Assembly (NCBI GenBank): GCA_016618085.1
Contig: JABLTG010000039.1
Location: 1-64,000, forward strand
Direction: 5' to 3'
Source of the DNA: Neovahlkampfia damariscottae
Lineage: Eukaryota
Length of the DNA: 64,000 nucleotides
Numbering within the stretch: position 1 is the first letter of the stretch; each line of letters starts with the position of its first letter. The position numbers and the translations under genes are program-made. This document shows positions 1-13,800 of this stretch, piece after piece. Under the pieces are notes generated by a model. The model worked only from the letters and a program-made list of their open reading frames with translations. It did no database searches and was not told the origin of the DNA.

Positions 1-205
1 AGATTATAATGGAGCAAGAAATATATTTCTGATGAATATACAAAATTTTATTGGAAATCCAAAAACTGCCAGTACTGCTGGCGACGGTCCTATCCCGAAA
101 GAAACCTTGATTTTAATGTCTGGTCTGATTAATCAGAATGAACAGAAAGTCAGTTTTAAGATAGCGGTCCAACCAAATTTTTTACACAACATTTTGGAAT
201 TTTAA
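1..205 (+). CDS. C-terminal fragment of a probable Fanzor/TnpB-family RNA-guided endonuclease (5' part lies outside the window)
   Basis: Open frame from base 2 reads DYNGARNIFLMNIQNFIGNPKTAS...NILEF*, with TAA at 203-205. Base 1 'a' is compatible with a preceding Arg codon. (R)DxNGARNI is the RuvC-III motif of TnpB/Fanzor proteins. Only this motif is visible. Confidence 0.7.
   Translation, partial: DYNGARNIFLMNIQNFIGNPKTASTAGDGPIPKETLILMSGLINQNEQKVSFKIAVQPNFLHNILEF
66..190 (+). ncRNA. Putative Fanzor omega-RNA (scaffold about 66-170, guide about 171-190)
   Basis: GC-richer than its surroundings. Nested complementarity: GCCAG 68-72/CTGGC 78-82, CTATC 90-94/GATAG 160-164, TCTG 119-122/CAGA 143-146, and palindrome TCTGATTAATCAGA 124-137. 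Its position at the nuclease 3' end matches known TnpB/Fanzor loci. Boundaries are inferred. Confidence 0.5.
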
Positions 206-363
206 ATTAAAAAATTCCGTGTTTTATTAAATCCTAAATCCATCATTCTTTTGTTTATCAAAATCTATTTTCTCATTCAAAAAAATTAATTTAAACTCAA
301 CTCAATTCCAGCCAATCAACAAGTTCACAAGAAGAAGAAAAATAAAAACTAACCAAAAATCTG

Positions 364-3300
364 ATGGCTCAATTTCTGTATGTACCAGATTATGCTGCCT
401 TTATTATATTAACAGCGAGTTTTATAATATTCTTTCTTGTTATAATTTTAGATTTGTTATTTAATTCAACAATTTCCGGATTTTTGGTGACAATACTTTT
501 AAAATTATTTTTTTGGTTTAGGAAATCAAAAGATTACATAAAAGTTGGTTCAATGTCATTTTCATTACTTGGTGGAAAGATACCATTCAGAGATGTTGTT
601 TACGTTACGAAAAATGCCACACTTCATATTATTGATGGATACATTTCTTTCAACTGGTGGTATATATTCAAACCAAAATGGGAAGGAAGTGAATCCATTA
701 TAGTTATTCATTTCTCAGGTTTTGAATATATCATATTCAACAATCAAGCTGCATATGAAAAAGTTGAAGATTTAAAAAAAAAAAGAGAAGATGGTATTGA
801 TACTGAAATTGAACTTGGTAAATAAATTTAAATTAAAAAACTAAAATTTTGAAAACAGACTCATCACCACCAAAACAAGACGGAAGAAAGAATTTTTTTT
901 CTTGGGTTAAAGGAGCAGGACTTATCATTAGAAATGGAACAATAATCATCGGAAACAATAAGTTACCAACACATATGAGTATTAGTTTCAAAAAAGCTTC
1001 TGGAATTTTCAAATTAGACAAAGTAAACATTAACAAATTTTTTAAGTTTTTTTTTCAAGCCAAAATCATCAATAGATAACTACAGATTTATGTGTGATTT
1101 GAAAGTTGAAAAATTTCAATATTCTTATCCAAAAAATCCAAATGTTGAATATGAAACTCCATTTTATGAAAACCTTGATGACTTGTAAAGACAAAAATTT
1201 TTAACATTCATTTTTTTAAAAGACCTTTAAAAGAAGCAGCAAAAAAACACTTTTCAAAGAGTGGAACGAATTTAGGTTTTTTAGATTTTGATTTTGATTC
1301 AATGCAAAACAATGAATTTGTGTATCCTTTCAATTACAAATATCCTGAAAATTGTAAAACTAAAATGAAAATACCAAATGAAACAACAATTATCTCCATA
1401 AAATCTGTCAGATTCACTTATTACGATGATTCACCAGGTTTTTATTTTTTTTTATTTTAAATTTATAAGGACTTGTTCCTACTGATAAAGAGTTGAGAAA
1501 AGCAAATTCAGAACCTCCAAAATGTGGAATTGATATTGTCACAAATGAAATATTAGGTGATGGAATTGTTTATGGACCTTGGGCTGATCATCAGAGGTTT
1601 TTTTTTTTTTTTTTATTTTTAAATTTCACCTTTAGATATTTAATTCAAACATTTTTTTATCCACCAACACATGAAAATCAAAAAAGAATTTATCAAACCC
1701 CAGGAAGTTTAAGACAACATGAACGTTTTGACATTAACATTGAATTTAAAAAACCAACAACTTGGTGGTTTCCATTTCATCGAAGACCAAGAGTAAGAGT
1801 GAAAAAAATGTTTTGACAAAACTTTTAGAATTTGGAAGAAAAGTTAACTGGAAAGTGTGAACAAGAAGCATTCAATTTTTCGTTTTCAGAAGGTTCTACT
1901 ATACTTTGGAGTTATTGTTATGGTCAAATTGATGAAACTGGATCAAATACACTTGTTGATATCAATCTAAAAAAAGCATCATGCTCAACTTCAAATACAA
2001 ATTCTCCTTTTGGCTCTGCTCCAAATTTTAGGGTAAATTTAAATTAAAGTTAAATTTTTCTTTGCCATAGTTTCAATGGGATATGCACACAGCAGCTCCT
2101 TGGAATGGATTCAGAAATTATACTTTTGACATGGATATTGAAGATGGGAAAGTTTTTTTTTTATATGACCATCTTGTTTTTATTCAAGATTTAGTTTATG
2201 CTTGGAGAAATTATCCAAATAAAACGTGGCCACCTGATATAAAAGAATTCTATCCTTCACTTTATAAATACATGTTTAGATTACATCAATCAGAAATTTT
2301 GATTAATATTAATGATAATAATATCATTGATTCACATAATGAATATGACAGAAATAGTATGTTTATTGAAAATTTATTCACTTTTCAAAAAAGCTTATTT
2401 TTGTATACGTGCTCCAATTTTTGAATTGGAACTTGTTACAGATTATCCTAAATTTGATCCTGTTTCATCAGTTTATGAGATTTATATCAGAATGATGAAG
2501 AAAGATGATGTTTTACCAAAGGCTTCAATTAGACTACCTTCTAATCATCCAATGACAAAAAATTTAGGAAATACATCAACAGAGTTTATAAGTGGTGATA
2601 AAGTCACTCTTAGTGCTAAATATTTAATGCATACACATATTGCTCCTGAAAATTTAGATTCTATAACCATTGATATTTCTGCTGAAAAAGGAACATTTAC
2701 TTTAACTGGATTTTATTTGAATTATATTGTTGGCATATTGTACAATTTATTGACTTCAGAAAAATTTTTTGTATCAACTGAAGAATTTAAATTAAATGGA
2801 AATGTAAATGAAAAAGGAAGATATATTTACAATTTAAGAAACACTGATGAAAAAGGTCATTTACTTCCATCAAATTCTACTGAATATTTTCTTTCTGTTG
2901 ATGCAAGAAGCATTGAAGTTGTTGCTCCTTTGAATTTATATTCAACAAAAGAATCAATTGGTACTGGAATTATCGAAAAAATTAGTGTTGATTTGCGTTA
3001 TGTTCCAACATATATTGATCTCTCAGTTGATGTTTCACCAATTTCAATCTCAATTCCTCTTTCAGGTGATGATTTGAAAATAAAACATCCAAGACAAACT
3101 TTTTTAGGTTTAGAAGCTGTTAAAGTTTGGGGACATGCAATGGTAGGAACACCACCTGATAATAATTATTACAAAATGATTTTTGATATTTTGATTGGAA
3201 ATGTGAAGGGAGAGTTATTTCCATCACAAGTAACAATGGCAATCAATTTTTTGACAAATTTTATTCATCAATGGAAAGTTGCTTACCCAATTACAGAACT

Positions 3301-6300
3301 TAGCTCACTGCCAAAAATTTACAATAATGACCGTGTTTATATGCCTGATATCGTTTCGAAATACAAATTACTTGAATTACTTTTAAAGATTGAAAGTATC
3401 ACATGTGGTATTATTGGAACAAATGGGATTGTAAATATTTCGGTTCCAAAAGGTGTTGAGGTTTTTACTGACAATATGGTGGACTCAGAAACAGGAAGTA
3501 GACATTATGTTGAAGTTCCAGAAATTGATGCAAAACTATTGAATTCAAGAGAATTAGGAATGAAAACAAAAGAGGGTGACTGGATAAAAATTGCATCATT
3601 GGAAACTGGAATCAGATTAGATATTAGAAGTAGACCTCCTTGTTTTAGAAAACACCAAAAACTTCATACAAAATTTTTGAGAGATCAAGATTCAACCACA
3701 ATGAGATTGAATATTTGGAACGATGAAAAAGAAGAAAAAGAAGGATCATTTGTGGAATCAATGGACTTGGAAGAGATTGTAAAAGAATCAACAACTCAAG
3801 TTACTGAAAGAACTGATGATGAAACATCTTTCTTTGATGTTGATACACATTTTGATGAAAAAGATCAATCAGACGATGAGTACGCGTCCGCTGAAGATGA
3901 AGATGATCAACCAACTCAATCAACTTTACGGGGTAGTGTGAGACAACCACAACCAAACAAAAGAAATAGTGTTAGTAGAAGATCACATAATAATAGAATT
4001 AGTACTTCAAACTCAGATGTCTTGAGTTTCAGAGATTCAAATGCATCAGACAGATTTTCATCTGGAGTGTCACTTGATGGCTCTGTAGGAGATGATGATG
4101 AAGATTCATCAACCATTGAAACTGTATTTTTTTACAAAGGTGAAAAGAAGAACATGACAATTCCTCTTTCAACTTATGAAAAATACTTAATGTTTTATGT
4201 TTTTGAATATGACAGAGATGAGAATACTCCTTTGTATTTCAATTCAAAAAATATATTCCTGGATCATAAATTTGGATTGTATTCATATTTTCCAGATTAT
4301 ATTTTGAAAAGAACAAATGGCTTGGAAAATATTGAAAAAATTTACAAGCACTATGTTCCTCCAATTCCTTTAATTAAAATGACTGAAGAAAGAAGGGAAA
4401 TGAAACAAACCAAAGCTGGATTTCTTGAAAAAAGTGAAATTGTGAGATTGACACAGGATGATGATCGTGCTTCAACAAATATTCATCTCAATTTTTCAAA
4501 AGACATTTCTGTATTTTTGACACCAAATGTTTGTGCAATTCTTCAAGATTTTATCAAACCGTTCATCACTCCAAAACAAAATTGTGAAGATATTGCTGAC
4601 ACATTGGAAAAAAGAAATTATGAATCTGAAACCACACCTGAAACTATTCCTGATTGGAATTTGAATATGTATCAAGTTTCTTGTTCGTTGAATTCAGCAA
4701 CAGTTCATCTGTTGCAATCAATTTATGCTCCTGATTTAATCAAATCGAATTTTCTTGGCAGCAGAACAACCCATTCTGTCAAATTTGTTGGAAGCTCTTT
4801 ATTTTTTGTAATGAGTGTGGGATTCAAAAATAATAGAGTTCTTGATGATCCTGAAGTTCCTTTGAAAGAATTAGTCTCAGTTGAAGGATCAGGAAATTTA
4901 AAAACTCTGTATTGTACAATGCAAGTGATCAACAAGAAAGGTTTAACCTCTGAAGCTATCCCAATAGAAGGATTTCCAAAAGCTATTGAATTTGTTGAAA
5001 ATTGTCCAACTCTACTTGTTTTGTATTTGGATGGTTTAGATTTATTTGGCAAATACAAAGTTACTCTTGATGAAAATCAAGGAAGAGTTTCAGTGACAAC
5101 GGGAAAAGGAGTCAGAATTGATTTTGTGAAAGAATTGCCAGCCATCATCTATTCAATGTTCGATATTTGGAAACATGCAGCAACCTCCATTGGAAAAACA
5201 GTCACAGATTCAATGAAACAAAGTTCTTTGGCTGAAATTTATTTCCTTTCTTCTTTAGTTGCATTATCTCAAAATAGAAATATTAGTACATTTTTTGAAG
5301 AAAATAAAACACAAGCAATCAAGAAAATGAGAGAAATTTTGAATGTTGTTCCTTATGAAGAATTTCAAAAGATAAACAAAGACCTTTCCAAAAAAGGATT
5401 TACCAATTCAATAAATCAAGATACAGATGTTGAATTTTTCAAGGTATTAATGAAAACTTCATCAGATCAACTACCAGCCCAAAATCCCGAAGATCAAGTT
5501 GTGAAAAGAAAAACCTTTCCAACTTTAAAACATCTTAGAACAGATGTATTCTTTAAAGTGGATGAAGTGAAGATTTCATTGCATGCTTCAAAAACAACAA
5601 GTGTGGTGAAAGTAAATGACATTTTAGTTCAAGGAAAGCTCGAGTATGAGAAATTGAATACTCAAAAAGAAATGGAAATTGAAAAAAAGAAATTGAAAAA
5701 AAGAAAGATTGAAGCACTCTTATCTGTTCAAGTTGCATTAGTTTCTGTCAACATTTATCCTGAATTTGTACCTTTCATTACCTGCATTCTAGGAGTTCAG
5801 GCTTTACTTTGGAGTGATCAAAATAAAGAACTGGTTGGAAAGTTACGTGAACAAACCATGAAAAGAACTAAATCCATCGTTGATCAGTATCCTGAAGAAT
5901 TAGAATTTAGTGATGTTCTCAGTAATGTACAACGTGCCACCTCTCCAAATAAGTTTGTGATATACATTGGTGTTGAATTGGATGCAATTGAAGCAAGAGC
6001 ATGGATGGATTCTTATAATTTTGCTGAATTAATTGTTGATGGAGTATCTGTGATGTATAATCAAGCATTAAAAGGTCAAGATATTTCAAGAAGTGTTTTG
6101 GGAACTGAAGGGGATCCAAAAGAAGTTGATTTGAAATTAGTACATTCAAGTTCTGTCAATATTTCGAAAATTAAAGTCCAATATAACTACTCAGCAGAAA
6201 AGTTAACATCTTTCACTTCATTATTTGATGCTTCCATTCATGGGATTAGTATTAATGAGTACTGGTTTAAAATAAACTCAAAAAAGAACATTAGTCTTGT

Positions 6301-9300
6301 TTTTGGTGTCAAAGGAATTCAAATTAATGTTCCTTACACTAAAATTTGGAAAGCAGCAACATTTCAATTCAGAAGATTCATAAATACATGGTACACTGTA
6401 ATTACTGCACGTCCAAATGTTCCTTCCACTATAAATCAAAAAACATTGGTGAATTTACCAAAAGGAGAAGATGGAAAGATAAAAATCAACACAGAAATCC
6501 CTGCTATTAGTATTTATGTGGATGTGAACAATCTTGGAATTGAAGCAATTTTATTACCAAATCTTCAAATGAGATACGAAATGAAAAAAATAATTGTTTC
6601 TTTTTCTCGTTCTGTTGATGAAATGTACAAGTATCATTTGCATTTGTCAAACTCATATCTTGCATTCAAGACAAATCCAAACGAAGAATTTCCAAATAAT
6701 GAACGTGAAATTCCAAATCCTCAACAAACAAATCATTCAACAGATTTTAGGAAAAAAATTATTCTTCCTGAAGTAATTATTTCTGGTGATGTAAAAACTG
6801 AAACAAAATCAAAACAACCTTCTGTCACAATTTCAACATTTATTGATGTTGAATACATGGAAAATGTTTTTACAAGTGATTTATTAAATAATGTAATGCA
6901 TATTCAATCAACATTATTAAAGGAAGTGAATAATGTCATTGAAGGTTTCAACTATGTGATTGATCCAGATGATAAAGAGAGAGTTGCAACATTTACTAAC
7001 AAAATTATCAAAACTGATTTACCTAAAGCTCAAAGCACTGTGAAAACTTGGAAAGTAAATTATGATATTAATTTGTCATTAGAAGGAATTAATATCACTG
7101 CATTGACAAAAACAACATCCGTAATTTTTAATACAGGAAGAATGAAAGTTTCAATTTCTCAATTTTCCAATTCCGGAATGAAAATTAGTCTGGATATTTC
7201 AAAATTGCATGCAGAAATGGTTGATTCATATTCAATGAAATTCAGTACCAAAAGAGTATTTGATGAGGCATATTCAGATTATACAGATTGCTATCATTGG
7301 GGACATTTTGAAACTAATATTATAGTGAGAAACTTCAATTCACAAACTTCAGAAATCGAAGAAGAAAATATTACTATTGAAGAGAGTTCATCAAAATTAA
7401 TGGTTTTTATTTCTGATACACATGCGACTCTTCGTCCAGGATTGATTGACCAAGCAAGTATTTTTGTTGCTGATTATGCATCTTCAATTAATAACCTCCG
7501 TCAAGCAATTCAAAAAAATGAAGATTTACAAACTGAAGCAATTACAACATTGATGAAAAAAGGAGAGGAATATTACAATTATTATTCCAAACAAATTGTT
7601 GAACAAGTTTCAAAAGTTCCTACTTTAATTAAATCATCTGGATTGGTTAAAATCACAAACACCACTGTATCATTTCCAATTGGTGATAATCCATATTATG
7701 GATTTCTTGCAAATGAATATCCATCATTTCAACCAACTGAATCACTTCAAATTGTCATTGATCTCGTAAAAGTATCAACAAATGCGCACTCAGAAGAAAT
7801 GGAAGGAAAAAATTACTATCGAAGAAATGGAATTTTCAAAATTGAAAATATTGGAATTTATTTTGAAGACGTTCAAAATTATTTGAAAAAAGGTGTTCCA
7901 AGACCAAGTTTAGATAGATTTGAGTTGGCATTGAATAAATGTAAAATTGAAAAAGGAATTGTTCGTATGCAATTTATTTCTAGACAAAAAAGTGTGAAGA
8001 CTACCATTGATTGTAATATTAGTGGACCTCAAGTTGATGGAGATGCTTCAATGGCAAAATATATTCTTCACATTCGAGAAGATTGGGTGAATTCAAGAAG
8101 AAACCTTTACAATGATCCATTGAAATTCATTGGATCTCAAGATAGCAAAGAAAGTCAAAAAGTTGGAAAAGAAGTTGTTGATTTGATTCTTGGATCAATT
8201 CATGTTCAAGGTGCTTTTAAAATTGAACCTGGTACAATTAGACTTCATTCTTCATTGATGAAAAAAACAGATACAATCTTTAACAGTATCAAATCTAGAA
8301 GAGATCATACAATCTCTTTGGAAGCAGATTTACCATCATTAATTGTTGATGTTGTGTACACATCTGCTGAAAAAAAAACTAATACACATTTACAATTGTC
8401 AGTTGATTGGGTAGGAGGAAAATTGTATCCACAATCAGTTTTGTTTTATCAAGAAAGTCTGTACATTTATAATTATTCAGTCTTTGAAATGAAAAAAAAC
8501 AAGAAACTTCAAAAAGATTTGACAAATGTGAAGAAACCGCAAAATTGGATGAATTTGTTGGCAGGTATCATTAAGATTCAAAAAATATATCGTGGATATT
8601 CTGCAAAAAAATTATATAAAAAAATGAAATCAGGAAATATTACAAATAGAAAAACAGAGAAAAAAGAAATAATTGAAACAAAGAAAGACAAAAAAGATCA
8701 TGATGTTTCTTTACAAACCGAAACTTATTCATTTCATTGCAGAATTCGTCCATTTAAAATTGAATTATCTTGTGCTCCAGTCATTGAAGTTTCAACATTT
8801 TTAGAATTTACTCAACCATTTGATTTATTAATCACAAGATCCAATAGATCACTTTCAAGTGGAAATATCAAAGGAGATGCTATTTATTTAACAGTATTCT
8901 TATCTTCACCTGAAATTGTTTTTGGATTGACTCATAATCTTTCACCACCAGAATTTGCAGTGATAAAATTGATTGGTTTCAAAGGAAATATAGGAACAGG
9001 TTATGGAAATTTCTTAAGATCAGATGATACTTCAGTAATTTGTGGTATTATTCATTTAGAAAAATTCATGATTAACATCAGTCTTCCTCAAATCAATCAT
9101 TTCTTCATCATGTATACATTGATCATGTCAAAATTAGATGAAGCAAAAAAGGAGATTAAACAAAATTATGAAACACCTCAAGAAAATGAAATTAGTCAAA
9201 ACATAAAAAATATTGCGTCTCAAGTGACAAACAAGAAAAAAGTTGAAGAGTTGAGTTTAGATGCAACTCCAAGTATCTTTTTACAAGCTTTGATAAATGA

Positions 9301-10699
9301 TATTCAATTAAATTCAGATCTAGGAAGCAGTGTTGGAAAACAAAAAATTAGAATCATAAATGCAACATTAAGTCTTAGGGATCGTGGTAGATTTAAAAAT
9401 TCAATTCTCAGAGATCCATTCGTTGCATCTGGAAATATTGAAAAAGTGATGGTAAATTTAATTGGAAGATTAAAAGGTGCTTATTCAATGGGAGGTGTTG
9501 CTCTTGGTATCACAAGAAAATTCAGAGTTGCTGGAAAAAATCCAATCATTAAAGGGATTACAGATTTTTGGATTGTAATTCAACCAATGTCATTAGATAT
9601 GGATTACAACACAGATAAGATATTAAATATCAAAACTGGAGAACTATCTGTTCGTTTAAAGAATGTTTTGGATACACCAACTGGAAAAGAATATCATTCA
9701 AAAATACAATTACTTGGAGGTGATATCATCTTAAGAATGTCTAGATTAACTGCTCCTGCATTTTTAAAATTATTTTTCCGATTGAAAGATAATATTACAG
9801 ATGGTAAAGAATCTGCAATTGAAATGATAAAAACATCATTAAACTTCAAAGGAACTCTTTCATTTAGTGACTCAGAAAATGAATTAACAATCAAATCTTT
9901 ACCAATTGCTATTCAAACACCAAAAGAAATGCTTGTAAATTTACTTGCTGCTGGTGAATTTAGTTTAATTTGTTCAAATGTTTCAGTTTTTGTTTATGAT
10001 AAATTTGACATCAAAAAAGATGAATTGATTCCTTTTGGATCTTGGATTGATTTCTGTTCTGGAAAATTTACAGTGACATTGGCAAGAGAAATCAAAAGAC
10101 AAGAAGAAGAAGTTGTTCGTTTATTAACAATCTTTTTAGCAAATTTGAAAGTTGATAAGAAAGATTTAAGAAAATCATCATTGGTTATTGGAATACCTGG
10201 ATGTCTACTTGAAATGAAATCAAATCAATCCATTCATACAGACGAAATTGTTTACATTTTTGATTCAAAATTCCCAAAACCAATTCAAGTATCAACTAAT
10301 TTATCTGATTACAATTTCTTGAGAGAATTAATTGAATCATTCACAACTGAAATCAAAAAAGCGACTGAAGAAACTTTAACTTCAAAAAATAATGGTTTAA
10401 GTATGTTAACAGATGAAGAAATTGATCAAGAAAATAAAATCAAAATTCAAGAAAGAAAAATCTTTCCTGAAAGAAATTTTGTTGGCACTATTGAATTAAA
10501 TCCACAATTATCAGTATTAGGAGATATGACTCCAAAAATTTCAACTGTACTTTCATGGTGGGGAATTAAAGATAATGCTGTTATTCCAAGAGCTACTCAT
10601 GATACTTTGACAAATATACTTGAAACCATTTTTGTTGGTTCTTATAATGGACTTGAAGTTTTTGACAAAGTTTTTGAAGAAAAACAAAATCAACTCTAA
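364..10699 (+). CDS. BLTP1: Bridge-like lipid transfer protein of the Csf1/BLTP1 (KIAA1109, Tweek) family; several small 5' exons and one roughly 8.3 kb terminal exon
   Basis: N-terminal TM anchor, then FSLLGGKIPFRDVVY...IIDGYISFNWW and YGPWADHQR motifs. C-terminus is LNPQLSVLGDMTP...WWGI...IPRATH. ORFs from 364 to 2424 join through short GT-AG introns to the 2795 aa ORF. Confidence 0.85.
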
Positions 10700-10831
10700 T
10701 AAATTTTTTAAATATTTGATCAATATTTTTTGAAGTTACAAAAACATTAGAATTCAATTTTAATTTTGAGGTTTCAAAAATTATTTGATAAATTAACCAA
10801 TCATGTGAAACTTCTTCAAGAAAACAACTTC

Positions 10832-13800
10832 ATGCAAAAAACAGCAAAGTCATCGTTGTCTTCAAAAAGATTATTAAGAGATTTAAATGAGCTTTATAGT
10901 GCTCCATTAGAGTATATTGCTGCTGCTCCTTACAAAAACGACCTTTATTGTTGGCATGCAAATATTGTAGGAAGTGTAGACTCACCATATGAGGGTGTAG
11001 TGTTTCATTTGGTCTTAAATTTTCCAGAAGATTACCCAAACAAACCTCCAAAAGTATCTCTTTGTACCAAAATTGAAAGACAATTTGTTTATGGAAGTAA
11101 AATCTGTATTGATATTTTAGAAACCTTCAAAACAAATGAAAAGTCAACAGGATGGAGTTCAAGCTATTCTATTTCATCTATTTTGCTTCAAATTCAATCA
11201 TATTTATTTGACAAAGATGAATACCTTCAAATGACAATTCAAAAGGAAAATGCCATCAAGGACTCAATTACTTCAGCAAATAATTATAAATGTGAGTGTG
11301 GACATGATATGTTTTTGCAAAAACCAAATCCAACTCATGATAACTTCAAATTTTACAATAGTTTTTTCATTGGGTGTTTAGTTCAATTTTTATTGGGTTT
11401 AGATAAAGGATGTGATGTTGTCAAAGAAGGAATATTATTAACTGATGAAGGAATGAACTTCTTTTTTGATGAATTTGAAAAAGTAACTTGTTCAGCAGTT
11501 CATGCACTTAAAAAAGTGAAAAATTGGACGAAAAAAACAATATTTGTTTCAGTAGTTATCAGTGTTTATAATGCTACAAAAAATGTGTTATTAGCATTTT
11601 GGAAATTTCTTAGAACTTGTTGGGAATTATGGCAAAGATTTGTTGAATGGTTCACTTCTTTTTATAACAAGTTAGTTGAATTAGTTATTCCTCCACTTAA
11701 AAAGACTCAAAAAAATTTGAACCAAAAATTAACTGAATTTTGGGACTTTTTCACATCAATATTGGATTTTGTTCATTTATATTCAACAAAAACATTCAAT
11801 TTAATCAAAAAACCAACAAAAAAAATGATGAAGAAAATTGATACAGGATTGAATGCAGCTTTTGAATTGATTTTCCAAAATGAAATTGTTAAAAAAACGA
11901 TACCAGAATTTATTAATTCAATTGCTCAAAAATGTTATTTTGGTTATGATAGAATCATCAATCAAACTCAAACCATTTTCAAAGTTGTAGCTTCCAAAAC
12001 ATCAAATATTTCAAAAGCCATTTCACATCAAATTCAATCAATTATCACAAAAATGAAATGTTCTTTAGAACAAATTCAACAAAAATTCTCAGGATTTAAA
12101 ATCAAAGTAACTGATACCTGCATGTATAGTTATGAAAAAATGAATTCAAATCTCAAAAGAATTAATAGAAAAATTCAAAGAAAATTGAATTTCTCAATTA
12201 GAATAATTTCAAAGAAATTTCGAGAAATCAAAGCAATTGTGTATTCAATTATCAAAATAATTACAAATCCAATTGTTTCAGTATTTCAAAAATTCAAAAC
12301 TTTAGTCTCAAAAAAATACAAATACTATCATTACAAGACTGAGGTTTATCTCAAAAGAAAATATAAAAAATATCAAAAGGTAATGATTCTATTCATTTTA
12401 ACATGTTTAGAAATTGAAATTGATTAAAAGAAAATTTAATCTTATTTTGACATCAATTTCAAATCAAATCAATTCTATTGTCAAAGCACTTCAATGTTTC
12501 ACTGAAAATGTATTTACAAAACTTAAAAATCAAATCAATGATGCTTTTGTTACTTTCATTAGATTTCATGATATTATGATTCTCAACTTGTCTATTTATT
12601 GTGCTCTTCCATTGATTAAGTATTTCAATTCTTCTATGGAAATTATTGTTGATTCATTTGATGTTCACTGGAATCTTGGTAAAAAACTCATCACAAAAAC
12701 ATCAGAATTAAGAAAAACAGTAAAATGGGAATTAAAAAAGTTGTACATTAAAATAAAGAAACAATTTAAAACACAAGAAAAATACAATTTGAATGACATC
12801 CCAGATGATTCAATGACAGAAATATTAGAATTTTTAAATTTAGAAGAATTGAAAAAAATTGAAAATATCATTCCAGAGTTACAAACAATAACAAAATCAG
12901 CATATTTAATTGAAAGAAGAGAAACTATTTGTTATCATTCAAAAGATTCATTTGAATCAGCAACACTTGGATTTGGAATATCAAAGAAATCATTCAGCAA
13001 AAGAGATGAAACTATCATTCAAGAGTTACATTCACCTTTAGAATATTTAAGTTATTACTCATTCTATAAAGAAAAAGTTAGATTATCTGTTTGGAGAGAA
13101 GAGTTTACAAATTGGATTCCTTTGTACATTAACAAAAAACATGGTGAAAATGCATTAAGACTTGCAGAGAAATCAATTCGAGAAATTTTAGAAACTGATA
13201 AATTTGAACCTTCAATGGCTGTTTTTGTGTTGACTAAATTGATGTCAAGTCAAATTGTAAATATAATGAAAGGAGATATTCATTGTTCAATCAAATCATT
13301 AGAGGGTTATTTTCATTTTCATCGTTTGTTAATTGCATTCATTGAAAAATATCCAAAATTAAAAAAAGAAATTAACAAAAAAATTGAAAAGTTTTTATTA
13401 AATCCAAGAGAAAGATTAAAATACAACACACCAAATTTAGGTGATTTCTTTGCATTGTTAAGTGTTTCAAAATATAAATGGCATGATATTTCAACCAAAT
13501 TAATTGAAGAATCATTCACAAGAAATATTTTATGGATTTTAAGAGAAAATTCAAATTTGTTTGAAAATTCAAAAGATGAAGAAATTATCAAAACTAGTTT
13601 AAAAAGTACAATGGTTTCAAGAAGATTTATTATGTTTAATGTTTACTTTTTAATTCAATATGGATGTGGAAATTCAGGTAGAAAATTAAATGAAATTGCA
13701 ATGGAATATGATAAAAGATTTGGGCATCCAACATTAGATGAAAAAGAAAAATTGCAAAAAGCAACATTTCATATTCAAAAAATTAATAATTATGAAGATT

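Noticed and set aside
364..2424. Fragmented ORFs read as pseudogenes or an alternative genetic code
   Set aside because: Breaks coincide with GT-AG introns that restore frame, and TAA, TAG and TGA all act as normal stops in recognisable genes.
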